A DNA stretch of 64,000 nt from Octopus bimaculoides. Lineage: Eukaryota. Within the stretch, counting starts at the first letter, position 1; each line of letters opens with the position of its first letter. The stretch is taken from NCBI RefSeq assembly GCF_001194135.2, contig NC_068981.1:20816042-20880041 (forward strand), in the 5' to 3' direction. The notes under the pieces were generated by a model. The model was given only the letters and a program-made list of their open reading frames with translations, was not told the DNA's origin and made no database searches. The translations under genes and the position numbers were made by a program. This document shows, in pieces, positions 13,401 to 27,838 of the stretch.

Positions 13401-15884
13401 TATAAATTATTAAATATAAAACGTAAATTGTCAATTAATTATAAAAATGCTTTATTTGATGCATAAAATTCAATGTATAAATCAGTAACTGGCCAATATT
13501 TTTATGTGAAACAGGCACAATATTCATATGCTTTTCAACCTCACTATATATACATGTTTGATGTTAACAAGCTGCAAGTTCAGCTATGGAATACATTAAA
13601 TGTCGTGCATTAAAGGCAGAAAAAATTTTCCTTTTGCTCATACTGATCATTATATAAAATAGCAATAATGTATGTATGTATATATGTGTGAATACAATGG
13701 TATGAAAAATTCTGTGTATCTACAGTGTTTACATGTAAATGAAGTTAGAGTTTACTCCCCCTCCCTTCACTGTATATCTACATCATTATAATTTTGGGGT
13801 TGGACAGATCACCAAGCATTTTATCTGCTGTTTCAGCTCTGAAATGTTATGCACACTACAGAAAATATTTTTTTTATAGTTGGAGGTCTTTCTTCTACAC
13901 TAACCACTCTACAACTTGGAGTGGATGCATTTTATTGTGCCACTGGCACTAGAGAGGTTGTCTATTGTAGATTTAAAGAACACCTTTTACCAGTTCTTAT
14001 TTGCAGATACTATTTTCCTAAACAGGTTACTTGCAGTGCAGACCAGCTACATTACAGCCTGAGTTAGATGCATTTTATCATGCCACTGACTAAAGTATAT
14101 ATCTTTAATGTATCTTTAGAGATTACTGATCTCTAGTGATAACTCAGCTACAATCACTTTTTTTCCTGGCAAAACATTTTGATCAATCATATTAGCAATA
14201 GTTTTACAAGGTAATTTTTTAAAAATATAGTTATCTTTATTCTCCAGTGAATTGACTATAGAAAGAACACATCTTAGTCCATCATTGATATTAATTCAAT
14301 AGAAAAAATATAGCTGACAAATTACAATTCATAAGATACTATAGTAAAATAACTACTTTAGATTACGAGCTAATTGGTGTAAAAACTGCCCAGTCCAGTT
14401 TGTAAATCTTGTTTGAGCATGAATTTCTTGTCTGGATACAAAGCAACTTTTGTAATAGTTAAATAAATATTAATATATTTGAAGTAGTGACCATAAAAAA
14501 ATCTAATTAGAAATACAAATGTGATGAAAGAATCACTAAGTAGATGTATAATAGATTGTTCACAAGCAGATGTGAAAATGACTGATTGAATTGTGTGTTA
14601 CTAATGCTTCTTTTACAGGACACAAATGAATAAACTAGAAGATAGAGCATTTAATAGGCAACTACTTTTTTCTCTCCCTTAACTGCTGCAGGCATGGTCA
14701 TGCTGTTAAGGCGTTTACTTTGCAACCATGTAGTTTCAAGTTAAGTCAACTTCAGAGTTTTCTACTATAGCCCTGAGCCAATCAATGCCATGTGAAGGGA
14801 ATTTGATGGACAGAGACTGTAGGAAGCTTGTCATATATATGCATGAGTGTTTGTATACACTTACATTCCACACAATCCCCATTTTATCAAAGTGGTGCTC
14901 ATGTTCACATTGATTGGTCACTCAAGGCTTTTGAAGTCTTGTGGAATAATTAAATCCCTTACTTGAAAAACAGGTAAGGTGTAAAAAGGGTTGGTGACAG
15001 GAACATTCGGCCCTTAAAATCCTTTTTCAATTCTCCATCCAAACCCATGCTAGCCTGGAAAAACAAATGTAAAATAAAAAAATAACTTTGTGCTAATTGA
15101 TATTCACTAAGAAATTGTATGTGAAACAAAGGTTATAAATTCTATCCATAAATATAAGCAAGAAAATTATTTGTTAACAACAAATAAATAGGGCTTCAGT
15201 AGCTCCTAAGAGATATATTTGATCATGCACAGTATATATGAATATATTTTACAACTGGTTTGACTGTTTACTTTTGTATATCTGCAACATATGATGTGGG
15301 CTTCCTTTTCTGCCAGCTTATCATACAAAATTCCTATTAACTTATCAGTAATGTCCCATTTATCATGCTGGCATGGACTGGACAGGTTGACAGAGGACTG
15401 CACCAAGCCCCAATGCCTGTTTTGGCATGGTTTCTAAGGATGGATGCCCTTCCTACTGCTATTCATTTTATAGAGTATATTGGGTGCTTTTCATGTGACA
15501 CCATCACTACTGAAGTCACCAAGTAACTTGCAAAACAAGACCCCCTCGACTGAAGGGGTTTAGTATTAAGACAGGTGCCTATTGAGACAAAGCATAAAGA
15601 ATTTACAATAAAATTTTTTCCTTAAGTAATCAAGGTTAATATCAATTTCAATACATTATGGTGTTATTGTATCACCACCATTTATGGAAATAGCCACCCA
15701 ATAGAGTTTTGTTTACATAATGATAAATCACGCATGAAAGTAGGGAACCTCTATAAAAAATACTGCCTTATGACATTACATGACCATTTGTTTGGTTACC
15801 AAAATATGAAGGGCAACCATAAAATAATGATCTAATCATTCACATAAAACATTTCACTTCCAAATTTAAATTTCTGTAGCTTAA

Positions 15885-16088
15885 CCCTTTCATTACTAAC
15901 CTGGCTCTGACTGAGTACAAATATCTTGTTTTCGTAACTTTTGAATTAAAATCTTCCACGAAACCTTAGTCACAATTTAGATTCCTAACACTAGCTGAAC
16001 GATAACTGAGTTATTTTACTAAATTCTTTGTTATATTTAAATTGAAAGAAATATAGAGCATCTCAAAATAAATATAGTAACGAAAGGG
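15885..16088. mobile_element. piggyBac-type MITE, 204 bp
   Basis: TTAA on both sides; TIRs CCCTTTCATTACTA and TAGTAACGAAAGGG match at 13/14. Confidence 0.85.
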
Positions 16089-16999
16089 TTAATTATATTT
16101 TATTAAATTTGAAAAAAAAACCCCCAATGTTTACTTGTAGTAACTCGCCAAAATATCAGATTAAATTGTGCAAACTAATCCAGTTTGTCTAGACAGGCAG
16201 ATTACCAGCCTATCACAGATACACTTTCTTCAAAGATGTATCTAGTACTCTAAGATGCATTTTTCTAACTGATTTAACATTCTTTTTGTAACAATCATAT
16301 GATTTATGTGAAAAGTCAAGTTAACAAACAAGCAATTTACATTATGAAAATATAGACAGGAAAACATCAATTCTGAGTGTATGCAATATTAGTTAAATAT
16401 TAAAATTTATGTTTAAAGAATAGAACATAATCAAGGATAAGCCTTCATATAAGCTAAAAGAGAGATGCTTTTTGTACAGAAACAGCAAAAGACACTTTAA
16501 AGCCTACTGGCTAGCCTGTTTATTTACACATAGAAGTATGTGTGTGTACAACATATATGAGCACCAGTCTGTGAGAGCAGTGGCCCTCAATAAGAAAGAC
16601 ACAAACCATGACAATCTATCTAACCCATGCCAGCAAAGGAAGAGGATGTAAAATGATTACATATATACACATGTATACATACACACTCAGATGAGAAAAC
16701 CTCTACATGGCTGCTTGACCTTGTAGAAATATTAACCAAATCAGGTTTAAGACAGTAGTGCAACATGTATAAGCAAATAAAATGGTGAAGACCTTCGGTC
16801 CGAAATGACCATGGGATTACACCTAAAAAGTTCCCCTCTGAAGCACAAGTCCAGGCAAGGTTGTTTATGGAAGACTAACAGTTGCCCATGTATACCAGCC
16901 TCCCCTCTTATAATGTATATATTTGTTGTTTATATAAGAAGAGAATTAGCTTGGACAAAATGCAGTCTTGATTTTTGTCAAAGTGAGGCAAAAATACAA

Positions 17000-17225
17000 A
17001 AGAATGTCTTCGATAAGAGCAATCAGCTCAGGGAAGAATTTAGAGTATAGGTAGGTATCTATGAAGGTTTGGTTCTCAGCCCTCTTGTAGTATTATAGTA
17101 ACCAAAGTTATCACAGAAGAGTTTGAGACAGGCTGTCCATAGGAACTCTTATGCTGATGATTTAGTTCTCATAGTTGAATCCATCAAAGAATTAGAGAAG
17201 AAATTACAAATGGGGAAGCAAAGTG
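17000..17225 (+). mobile_element. RTE LINE RT fragment
   Basis: ITEEFETGCP...YADDLVLIVESIKELEKKLQ, frameshifted. Confidence 0.75.
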
Positions 17226-17789
17226 TCTAGATTAATAATAGTTTTATTTTACTTGTTTGTCATTTGACTGTGGATATACTGGGGCATTGTCTAGAAGGGT
17301 TTTAGTCAAAGAAATTGACCCCAGATCTTCTTTCTTTTTTAAGCCTAGTACTTATTCTATCTATGTCTTCTGCTGAACCGCTAAGTTACAGGGATGTAAA
17401 TACACCAACACCAGTTGTCAAGTAGTATATATATATATATGATGGGCTTCTTTCAGTTTCTGTCTACCAAATCCACTTACAAGGCTTTGGTTGACCTGAG
17501 GCTATAGTAAAAGATAGCCTCAAGGTGCCATGCAGTGGGACTGAACATGGAATCATGTGGTTGGGAAGCAAGCCTTATCACACAGCCATGTCTGTTTCTA
17601 ACTTAAGCACAAGGGCAGTAATTTTGAGGGGATGATGTTAATTGATTGCATCCCAATACTAGACAGGAACTATATTTTATCAACCCCAAAACAAAGCTGA
17701 TCTCAGTAGCATTTGAAACCAGAATGCAAAGAGCTAGAAGAAATAATAATAATGTTTTCTTACATAAGTACAGGGCTATACCGTTTCAT

Positions 17790-19200
17790 GAATGAGCAGT
17801 TTTGAGTGATTTAATTCAAGGATAGAGGGCTAGTGATGGTTGTCATCTTACAGATGTAGGGATAGGTATAGCAAATGTTGTCAGTGCATTTGAAGGTACT
17901 TGGTTGGGTGTGGCTTGGAAATTTCTACCTAAAAGGCTGCAGAGATTGAGTTGATCTCTGGTCAGTGAGTGGTGCCAATGCAGTTATCAATACAGAAACT
18001 GTCAAGCTCTGGGGTTCATCCAGTGAACTGTGCAAAACTCCTGGCCTTGACACAGTTGGCGTAAGAGATCAGTGTCAGTGCCTACTGTTGACCCGCTGAT
18101 AAAATTCATCAGAGAAGAAACAATTCAAAGAGAGAATGTGTTTGACCAAAGGAGGAGGCTGGTATTGCTGGGTTTAAATAGGAGTTAACAGTCAAGAAAG
18201 AGTTTAAAGGTGAAAAATTATTGCTGCCAGGGAAGACTGTGTAGAATGATTTTTACATCCATGTGTGGCTGTGGGGTAGCAAGAAGTTTGCTTCCAAACC
18301 ACATGGTTCCGAGTTCAGTTCCACTGTGTGGCACCTTGGGCAAGTGTCTTCTACTATAGCCTCAGGCTGACCAAAGCCTTGTGAGTGGATTTGGTGGACA
18401 GAAACTGAAAGAAGCCTGACGTGTATATATGTGTGTAATTGTCCCCCATCACCACTTGACTTGACTGGTGTTGGTGTGTTTACGATTTGGCAAAAGAGAC
18501 TGATAGATTAAAGTAGAAGGCTTAAAAGAAAAGTCCTGAGGTCAATTTCTTTGACTAAAACCCTTCAAAGTGGTGTCCCACAATCAAATGGCTCAAACAA
18601 GTAAAAGATAAAATAAAAGATGTGTGTATTTCTTTGTCTTGACAGAGTATGCCAGTTGTAAACAAGCATCACTGTCATACAAAGGTGTCCTTTGCTTCCA
18701 ATCTTTGATGAAAACATGTCCAACCAAGGAGAATGTTACTTTGCTTGGAAACAAAAGGCATCTAGCCATAGAAAATCTGCTTCAACAAATTCTCTGATGC
18801 ATAAAGCATGGAAAAGTGGATGTTAAAACAACGACGATAATGATGGCAAAGGGAAGTTTGAAGGCTGAAAGTGAATGAGATCAACTTGAAGAGCTTTAGA
18901 GCATGATTGGTGTTCAAAATATGTGATGGTAAGATAGAGACGAGTGACAGTAGTTTGTTGAGGTACTCAGAGAAGAGTTTGGTGGAACAATTACAGGTGG
19001 AGATGATAGTGTGGCTGAGACTTGGAAACAATTGGTGGAAATTCAGAGTGCAGTTATGATAAGGTTAGTGACAGCTGGGAGAAGTAAACTGAGAGCTTGT
19101 GCATAGTTGCAGAGATTTATTTCTGGTTGTAGCTCATAGAATCCTTAGGCAATTGTTGTAGAAGTGAAAACTGTTGAGTTGAATGTGCTTCTTATTTGTA
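17790..19200 (-). mobile_element. Penelope-like element RT relic, split by SINE insertions at about 18255-18780
   Basis: TIISTCNCSTKLFSEYLNKLLSLVSILPSHILNTNHALKLF (19030-18890), continuing as LVKHILSLNCFF...FYQRVN and CIDNCIGTT (YIDD-like) at 18200-17950. Confidence 0.7.
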
Positions 19201-19883
19201 GAAGTCAGTTTTCTTGACTACCATGGCACCATCACATTGGTTGGCTTAACGATATCCTCAATGCCTTGGAGTTTCTAGAAAACATCAAATTCTGACAAGA
19301 AATATTTAACCACTTGTGCTGTTTCCTAAAATCAAAGATATTTAAATCATGCACTTCTTGACAAATATGTTGAACAAGCTGTGTAGACCCACCTTAAAAG
19401 ACATTTAGAGGAATTCTGTTTTAGTTGGTGAAGTCATCCTCAGTTGGCAGGTTCCATCCCTCTATTAAAGAATGAAGTCTTTAGTTGCATATATATTGTA
19501 TATATTATGTATGTTTGTGTTTGTAAATAAATATATGAGTGTATATGAGAGAGAGATACAGACAAAAGTTCTTTCCAAAGTCATTATTACTAGTTGATGT
19601 GGCAATATTCTTGTAGCTTGGTTGAATTCAAACTGATATTGATATTTACTGTACACAAAAGTTCTGGAAATTTAAAGCAATAAGGAAATGATAAACAACA
19701 TCAAATAAAAATATATTGTGTAAGTTCAAGGTTGACTAACAATATCAAAATACTGCCATTTTTTGAACTAAAACATTTGTTTCAACAGACAAATAAAGAT
19801 GTGCAGTGTTCTTATAAAATGTAGTCCTGAAATGTATTCCACCATAAAAGTGGTTTGGTCTCTGTCTTCAATAGTAATTTTTT

Positions 19884-19889
19884 TTTATT
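19884..19889 (-). terminator. Candidate polyadenylation signal for PRMT5
   Basis: AATAAA on the - strand just beyond the N gap expected to hold the last exon. Confidence 0.35.
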
Positions 19890-19943
19890 TTACTTGTAGA
19901 GGATATGAAGACTTCATGCAAAGAGGAAGCAACAATTGGAGAA

Positions 19944-20939
19944 NNNNNNNNNNNNNNNNNNNNNNNNNNNNNNNNNNNNNNNNNNNNNNNNNNNNNNNNN
20001 NNNNNNNNNNNNNNNNNNNNNNNNNNNNNNNNNNNNNNNNNNNNNNNNNNNNNNNNNNNNNNNNNNNNNNNNNNNNNNNNNNNNNNNNNNNNNNNNNNNN
20101 NNNNNNNNNNNNNNNNNNNNNNNNNNNNNNNNNNNNNNNNNNNNNNNNNNNNNNNNNNNNNNNNNNNNNNNNNNNNNNNNNNNNNNNNNNNNNNNNNNNN
20201 NNNNNNNNNNNNNNNNNNNNNNNNNNNNNNNNNNNNNNNNNNNNNNNNNNNNNNNNNNNNNNNNNNNNNNNNNNNNNNNNNNNNNNNNNNNNNNNNNNNN
20301 NNNNNNNNNNNNNNNNNNNNNNNNNNNNNNNNNNNNNNNNNNNNNNNNNNNNNNNNNNNNNNNNNNNNNNNNNNNNNNNNNNNNNNNNNNNNNNNNNNNN
20401 NNNNNNNNNNNNNNNNNNNNNNNNNNNNNNNNNNNNNNNNNNNNNNNNNNNNNNNNNNNNNNNNNNNNNNNNNNNNNNNNNNNNNNNNNNNNNNNNNNNN
20501 NNNNNNNNNNNNNNNNNNNNNNNNNNNNNNNNNNNNNNNNNNNNNNNNNNNNNNNNNNNNNNNNNNNNNNNNNNNNNNNNNNNNNNNNNNNNNNNNNNNN
20601 NNNNNNNNNNNNNNNNNNNNNNNNNNNNNNNNNNNNNNNNNNNNNNNNNNNNNNNNNNNNNNNNNNNNNNNNNNNNNNNNNNNNNNNNNNNNNNNNNNNN
20701 NNNNNNNNNNNNNNNNNNNNNNNNNNNNNNNNNNNNNNNNNNNNNNNNNNNNNNNNNNNNNNNNNNNNNNNNNNNNNNNNNNNNNNNNNNNNNNNNNNNN
20801 NNNNNNNNNNNNNNNNNNNNNNNNNNNNNNNNNNNNNNNNNNNNNNNNNNNNNNNNNNNNNNNNNNNNNNNNNNNNNNNNNNNNNNNNNNNNNNNNNNNN
20901 NNNNNNNNNNNNNNNNNNNNNNNNNNNNNNNNNNNNNNN
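19944..20939. other. Assembly gap (996 N); further gaps at 31145-31162 and 42992-43377
   Basis: Runs of N; each gap abuts a young RTE-tail repeat. Confidence 0.99.
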
Positions 20940-21072
20940 GGTCAGTCAGGCGGTACTGGCAACGGCCACGCTCAAAATGGTGTATTTTATGTGCCACCTG
21001 CTCAAGAGCCAGTCCAGGGGCACTGGCAACGATCTCGCTCAAAAATCCTTACACATGTCCGAAAATCCTTAC

Positions 21073-21121
<49 letters not shown>

Positions 21122-21400
21122 CATACACACACACACACCATTGATATTTGCATTTTTATGAAAATTGTTCCCACTATTTTACTGTATTTATTGCACAAGT
21201 CCAGTTGTTTCTTTATTAAATCTATATTTCACAATATAACAATGTAACTGGTAAGCACATTGCTAAAATAACTTCCATCACCAAATGAATTAGCTCAGTA
21301 CAAATGATCTAATTGATAAAGTAAAAATTATATGATGTAGAAGTTTCCTAAAACTAATTGAAACTTTCTAGCATTATATAAAAAAGTGAATCAGCAATAC

Positions 21401-21465
21401 CTTTATGGGGAAGAGTATAGGAAACCAACTAAACATTCCTGCAGAATGTGTTGAGGGGAGAATAC
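21401..21465 (-). CDS. PRMT5: PRMT5 exon 16 (65 nt)
   Basis: (S)[21 protein letters not shown]; acceptor ccacag, donor gtattg. Confidence 0.96.
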
Positions 21466-22789
21466 CTGTGGAAAGAGAAGAGAGAGTGTGAGAATAAAAT
21501 AGAGTTGCAAGTAAAAACTGGATAAATACAATTTCAAAACTAATTTTTAAGCAATATCAGATAAAATGTTAAATATTTAGGGAATATAGTGATTTGGAGA
21601 GGAAGATAACTTAGTAGAAAATGAATGTATGGAGTGTAATTGTTCTGATGAAACATGGAAATATATTTGAACATTGGATGGTAAATTAACTGACACAGTA
21701 TTCCAGATACACTCAAGACTAGAGTCACCTAGCTCAGTGTATCACTGGTGCATATTTTAATAACTCTCAGAAAGACAATGATAAGATTTTGACCTAGAAT
21801 GTGACTAAGCTGGATAATTATCATGTCTAATTTTAAATTCTATCATTAAGACTTGGAATAAGTTGTACTAACACTCCAGGGACTAAAGTTTGTTTAGGGG
21901 GAAAAATTAAGTGAAACATGAAGACATTCTTATATGACAAACAGGTGAGAAGTGTTCAGAAAAGGTGAAAATGTTTACAAGAGTATAGAGGCAGGTACAA
22001 GTTATAGAAGAGTAATTAATACAATCATTAGAAGGGAAGAGACATTAAAGAAAGAGAAATACATTTTAAAGTGGTGAAGACAAAAGTAAATTTGAGAGAA
22101 ACATAGAAAGCTAATTGGATTGAGTAAAAGTTAAATGAAGTAAATAGTAAAGCGAAATCAAGAAACTTACTTAAAGTTACATTGCCATAAAGTACAGAAT
22201 CAAAATATCCAGCAAAACCATGTAAGACGGCATCAGACTTAATATGAAACTGTATGCTCACATAACGAGAATTATCAATCACTTCACCTAGAAAACAGAA
22301 TTCATGTCATCAAAGAATTTCACATGGATATTAAACAAATGTAGCTACACTACACCTTTCTATTATAGGCACAAGGTCTGAAATTTTAGGGGAGGGGGAC
22401 CTGTCAATACATCAACCTCAGTACTTTCACAGTGCTGATTTAATTTTTGCAAACTAACATGCAGATACTGAATTAATTTCTTAAAATTGGTTGAAATTGA
22501 TAAGTTATGTACACAAGCAATACTATGCCATATGAAATGTGGAGAATTCCAGAAAGTAAACTTGGTTCTAACACAGTTAAGGTTAAGCTTTGTTTATCAC
22601 ATCAATCTTGAGACAAGCTAGAAGTGAGATCACAAGGTTTGCTACATGATGAAGATAATGTTGCAAATTTAAGGAGGTCTAGTTTGCAAACTCTTTTAGT
22701 GGTTCCTCAGAAAAAGTTTCCTGTGTATTTTATACTGAATCAGTCTTCTTACTACAATCTTGGTCTTCATGGTTGTTGGGAAGATAGAG

Positions 22790-22844
<55 letters not shown>

Positions 22845-25800
22845 TTTTAAAATACATTCTTTGCAGAGAACAGTTATCATTTAGAGAAACTGAATATATG
22901 TCTAGTTCACGCTAGGTATGAAACCAATGGTATTTCTCTAAAACTGTTACTTATATATATATATATATCAATAACTCACAGATAGAGCAGCATCATTAGT
23001 AATATTATAATGACATTAATATGCTAATAAAATCATTTAATAGCAAATACCTCAATTTATTAATATTACATGTTATTTTCTTTACTTAATGTTAATATAA
23101 GTTAGATTTTAGTTGTTGTGCAGCTCCAGACCAGCCTTGGTTCAGCAGATATATGATCAAAGAAATTCTAGCAGTGACTATTCTTTCCATATTTTATTCA
23201 TAATATATCTAGGACTACATTACCTAAAGTGTCCTTCCTATATTTAAGAACGTAGATGTGATTTGACTGCTATTTCTAGTTGGACAAGTGACCCCATATA
23301 AAGGCTCATTTGTTGACTCGGATAACATGTCAACGTATGTTACATTTATGAATTTGTGAGGGTTATTGCAGCAGATACCCTAAGAATGAAACAGAGAAAT
23401 TACCACCAACAAGGTGGTAATCATTGGACAAGTTAGAACATTGTCATATTTTCTTCAGAATCCTCTTTGATTTTCATAAAGAGTACAATATAAGGGATGA
23501 TGTGCACCCAACCATGTCTGGTAAGTTCACTGTCATCAATTTACCATTTTTTTCAATAAAATAGTTTTTAACTATTAATGGTGAGATAATATGGATATAT
23601 TTTCTCAGTAAACTTTCCTTGCGGTGAACTTTCCTCATGTTGAACTTCCCCTGTGGTAAATTGCTTGCAGTGAACTTACCTGTAATTACACTCAACACTG
23701 GCCAATGCACTTTCATCTTATCTATAGCAAAGCCAGCAGATTTATTAAATTTAACATTATGTCTGACTAGATCCTCATTAATAACGATTGCTAACCTTTG
23801 GCATCTGGAGAAATTTCCAAAACCTTAGCAATGAAGAAATTTTATGGACACTTTTAGTAGACATCTCTTTTACTTGTTTCAGTCATTTGACTGCGGCCAT
23901 GCTGGAGCACCGCCTTTAGTCGAGCAAATCGACCCCAGGACTTATTCTTTGTAAGCCTAGTACTTATTCTATCGGTCTGTTTTGCCGAACCACTAAGTTA
24001 TGGGGATGTGAACACACCAGCATCAGTTGTCAAGCGATGGTGAGAGGACAAACACAGACACACATATATATATATACGACGGGCTTCTTTCAGTTTCCGT
24101 CTACCAAATCCACTCACAAGGCTTTGGTCGGCCCGAGGCTATAGTAGAAGACACTTGCCCAAGGTGCCACACAGTGAGACTGAACCCGGAACCATGTGGT
24201 TGGTAAGCAAGCTACTTACCACACAGCTACGCCTACTCTACTCTAGCTGTGAGGGAAAATAAAAGTTACTTTAGCCACCTTCAACTTAAGCTAACAAGGC
24301 AGTGCTTTTTTGCTCTTATGAGTCTCACCAACTTTAAAAACAATTGCTTTACAAAATTTTATTCAAATGCGTATATTTATTAATCTATCCTACCTACAGA
24401 AAAGAAAAATAGTTCAATAAACTGTTAAGGAAAATATGTAATAAATTTGGCAATAACCTTACCTCTATTTGGGTGCCTAAAATGAAAAACTTTCTTGGGT
24501 TCAGATAAAATCTGACAGTTGTGGAGCCGTACAACATAAGGCATCTCAAAAGGGGCCTGAAATATGAAATTATATTAAACAGACATGTGAAGTTGTTGTT
24601 TAGACTCGAGTTGGCTCTGATTGAGTATTCCTAAGATCAAAGGCATTACAGCTGTCACCACCCGGTTTACTTCCTATGTGCAGGGAGCCCAGACCCATAT
24701 TATCTAAAGTAACCATTTTTTAAGGCAGTTTGGTATGATCTGAGGGAGATTTGGCTGCTGTTTCTAGCAGATTGAGTATCCATGCAGACACACCTTTATT
24801 GACTTGTATGAAGGAAGTAGTTTATGTTGGAAGTTGACAAAATAACTAATTCTTAATCTAATGACAGTATGCCATTTCTGAAAATGTCAAATAAAATTAG
24901 ACATGATACAGAGCTTTGTGTGATGCCATTTATTCTTCCACTCAGAATTAGTATCAGCTGTTAAACATTTTGGTTACTCCCAAAAAGGAATTTACTAACT
25001 CATAAATATTCCTTTGTATTTCAATAACATTTTCATAAAAGTCCTTTTAAGATTTTTCTATGATTTAGCCACGAGTACCTATGATCATTTTACAAGACAT
25101 CCATGACTGATGGGAAAAAATGGGGAAAAATCCATGACTTACAAATCACCATCCTTCTAAGAGAAAACCTGGTCCTTATATTTACAATAGAGTGGAGATA
25201 GCTAAGGCCACTTAAGGATCAGTTGTTATATTGCACCAGGCAATAGATTAAGTTTACCATGAAGTTTCTGTCTACCAATTTCACTAACAAGACTTGGCTT
25301 AGGTTTATTCAAAATCATGGTAGAAGAAACTTGACCAACGTGCTGCACAGAGTTATTAGAGCTGAAGCAACAAGATTGTGAAGCAAAATTATTAGATGAG
25401 AGTGTGAGTGGAAATATTTAGCACAGTCAGCATTTATTTTTAAATGTCTCAGATAAAAGTAAGTTCTGTGCAAATATGAAAGTGTATCATACACTATTCT
25501 GCTCTTCAGTGTGGTGAAGTGTCTTCACGAGGTTTAGACTGAATTCTAAAATGTTTTCTAAGTACATCAGGAACAGTCAAACACTGACAAAAATACAGAC
25601 AAGAAAACTTCAAAAAAGTTTTAGACTTATCTATTTTATTTATTGTTAATCCCAAGTCAGCATACCTATAATTAGATATTTTAGCTATCCCAACTTTTTC
25701 AGGTATAGTGTTATGTCTACTCCACACTCTTATAACCTACTCAATCACATGTAATCGCTTCCTTGTTATTCTATTTTTTCATCACCTCTTTTTCCCCAGT

Positions 25801-27764
25801 CAGTCATCTCCCTTCCCCTACCCCACCAACACTACTTGATTTCTACAGTCATCACCTACTCTCCCCTACTTATAACCCTTCAACACTTATTCTTCGTTAT
25901 ATTCTCTCTCTCATCCCTTCCCTGCCCCTAACCATCACTTCACTCTCTTATTCACACTTTCAAATTCAACCCACCCACATCTGTTCTCCTACTTCCATTT
26001 ATTTCCACTATTTTTATCTTTTTTCAGTCCCCACCAACCACTCCCACCCTCTCCTCTATGTGAGTAGACATGTAACTCTTCTACAGCAAGAAACCTGTTC
26101 TGTTTCTATTACCTCTTCTCACACTCTCATTCCTCGTCTAGCATAAAACCACCTCCCTGTTACTCTACTCCACTGTAACCCCACTCAGTTGAAAGAATTG
26201 TAGTCTTGCAGGCTGCATGGTGACCTCACTAGTGCTGGTGCCATTAAAAAAAGTAGCCAGTACATGCTATAAAGTGACTGGCATTAGGAAGGGCATCTAG
26301 CTATAAAAACCACGTCAAAGTAGACATTGGAGCATGAGGCAATCATTGGATTCATCAGATCCTATCAAACTGTCCAACACATACCAGTATGGAACATGGA
26401 TGTAAATGACGACGATGATGATGATGATTACTGAATGTGTCATCCATCCAACTGACTCAGATCATTATAAAGGAATATTTCTGTATAAGTTGGATAATTA
26501 GATTAAATCTATTGTTGGTTAACATAAGATTAAACAATGAATATATCTTGATATTTTTAAATACAGCAAAATATGCTAATACAAAGAACAAAGAAATGGA
26601 AGAATATTCTCTAATTTTACAAATAACAAAGTCATGTATTGATTCAAACCAGAATGAAAAAGTATGAATTAACGAACCTCTGGGGATTTGTCTTTGTCTT
26701 TACTTAATCTGACTTCATTATACAGCTTAGCAGATTGCAAAGGAGCCAGGTATGAGGTATATTCTTTGGGGATACTGATTCCATCATCTAGAAATCAAAG
26801 ACATAAAGTCATTAATCTGAGTAGTTAACCTACAAGAACATCCAACTCTGGAGGTTTACAGTTCTTCTTTAAAACTGTTGAAATAGAAAAGGTCGTTTAC
26901 AGTAGTGTGGTTGAAGGCAAGATGCAAGTTCTTAAATAAAAAGAGTAAGGATTGTTTAAAATATAAATTAGGAAGTTTTACTGATGGGAGCATGATGAAA
27001 GGCATTCAGAGAAGTATTTCAAAACGTAAAGAGTATTCTCAGCAGGAATGAGCTATAGAAACATTACCCTTCTTTCCCAACTCATTCCCAATGCTCTTTA
27101 CTACACAATATTATTCTAGGCCTGTAGCTCATTCCCAGTGTTCCTTAACGTCCTTGCTCAATCGCTGGCCAGCAAGAAAGAGATCGATCAAAGCGGGAAA
27201 GCTTGGATGTTTAATTCCACGCATGCGCACAGCATTACTACAATATCATTACTCCTGAGAATATAACATATAAGACTGTAGATTTAATACATATCCAATA
27301 TACATGAATTATGATTTCATTAGTATATACTAATATTGCACCTCTTATAGAATAAAACAGTACTATTAGTAGAGCTTATGCAAGCATGGAAAAGTGGAAA
27401 CAATGATGATGACATTTCACCTGCATTATAAGTATCTGGTATTTATATAGTGACACTGCTCTTCCATTAAATGTGCTTCTTTTTTTATACAGTGACACTG
27501 TACCATCACTATATGTATCTAGTATTTATACAATGATATATACTGCATCTCCACTGTTGTGGTATTTATAGAATGATATTGCATATAAAATCTAGTATGG
27601 ACCATTAGAATTAAGTTTCATTTAAATGCCTGATATGAAACATAATTTAACCTTTTCACCTGGTTAGCACATAATATTGGCATTTGTAGCATTAAACTAA
27701 CAAGAATCAACACCTCTCCCGGATAGTATGCCAAATACAGGAAATAATGTGATATATATGTGTA

Positions 27765-27838
<74 letters not shown>

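Noticed and set aside
14355-14430. Minus-strand CSNKIYKLDWAVFTPISS, loosely like the PRMT5 C-terminus
   Set aside because: It stops early and lacks the highly conserved residues; too weak.
16100-16190. Minus-strand FWRVTTSKHW as the missing PRMT5 last exon
   Set aside because: No WYEW or HNP follows, and there is no convincing polypyrimidine acceptor; a chance match.
19218-19325. Acceptor-led minus-strand frame interrupted by a single TAG (possible editing readthrough)
   Set aside because: The peptide is unrecognisable, and neighbouring exon-like segments have stops in most frames; not supportable without RNA data.
19799-21247. Long ORFs in the track across 19799-21247 and 42624-43535
   Set aside because: Their length comes from N runs; the flanks are repeat sequence.
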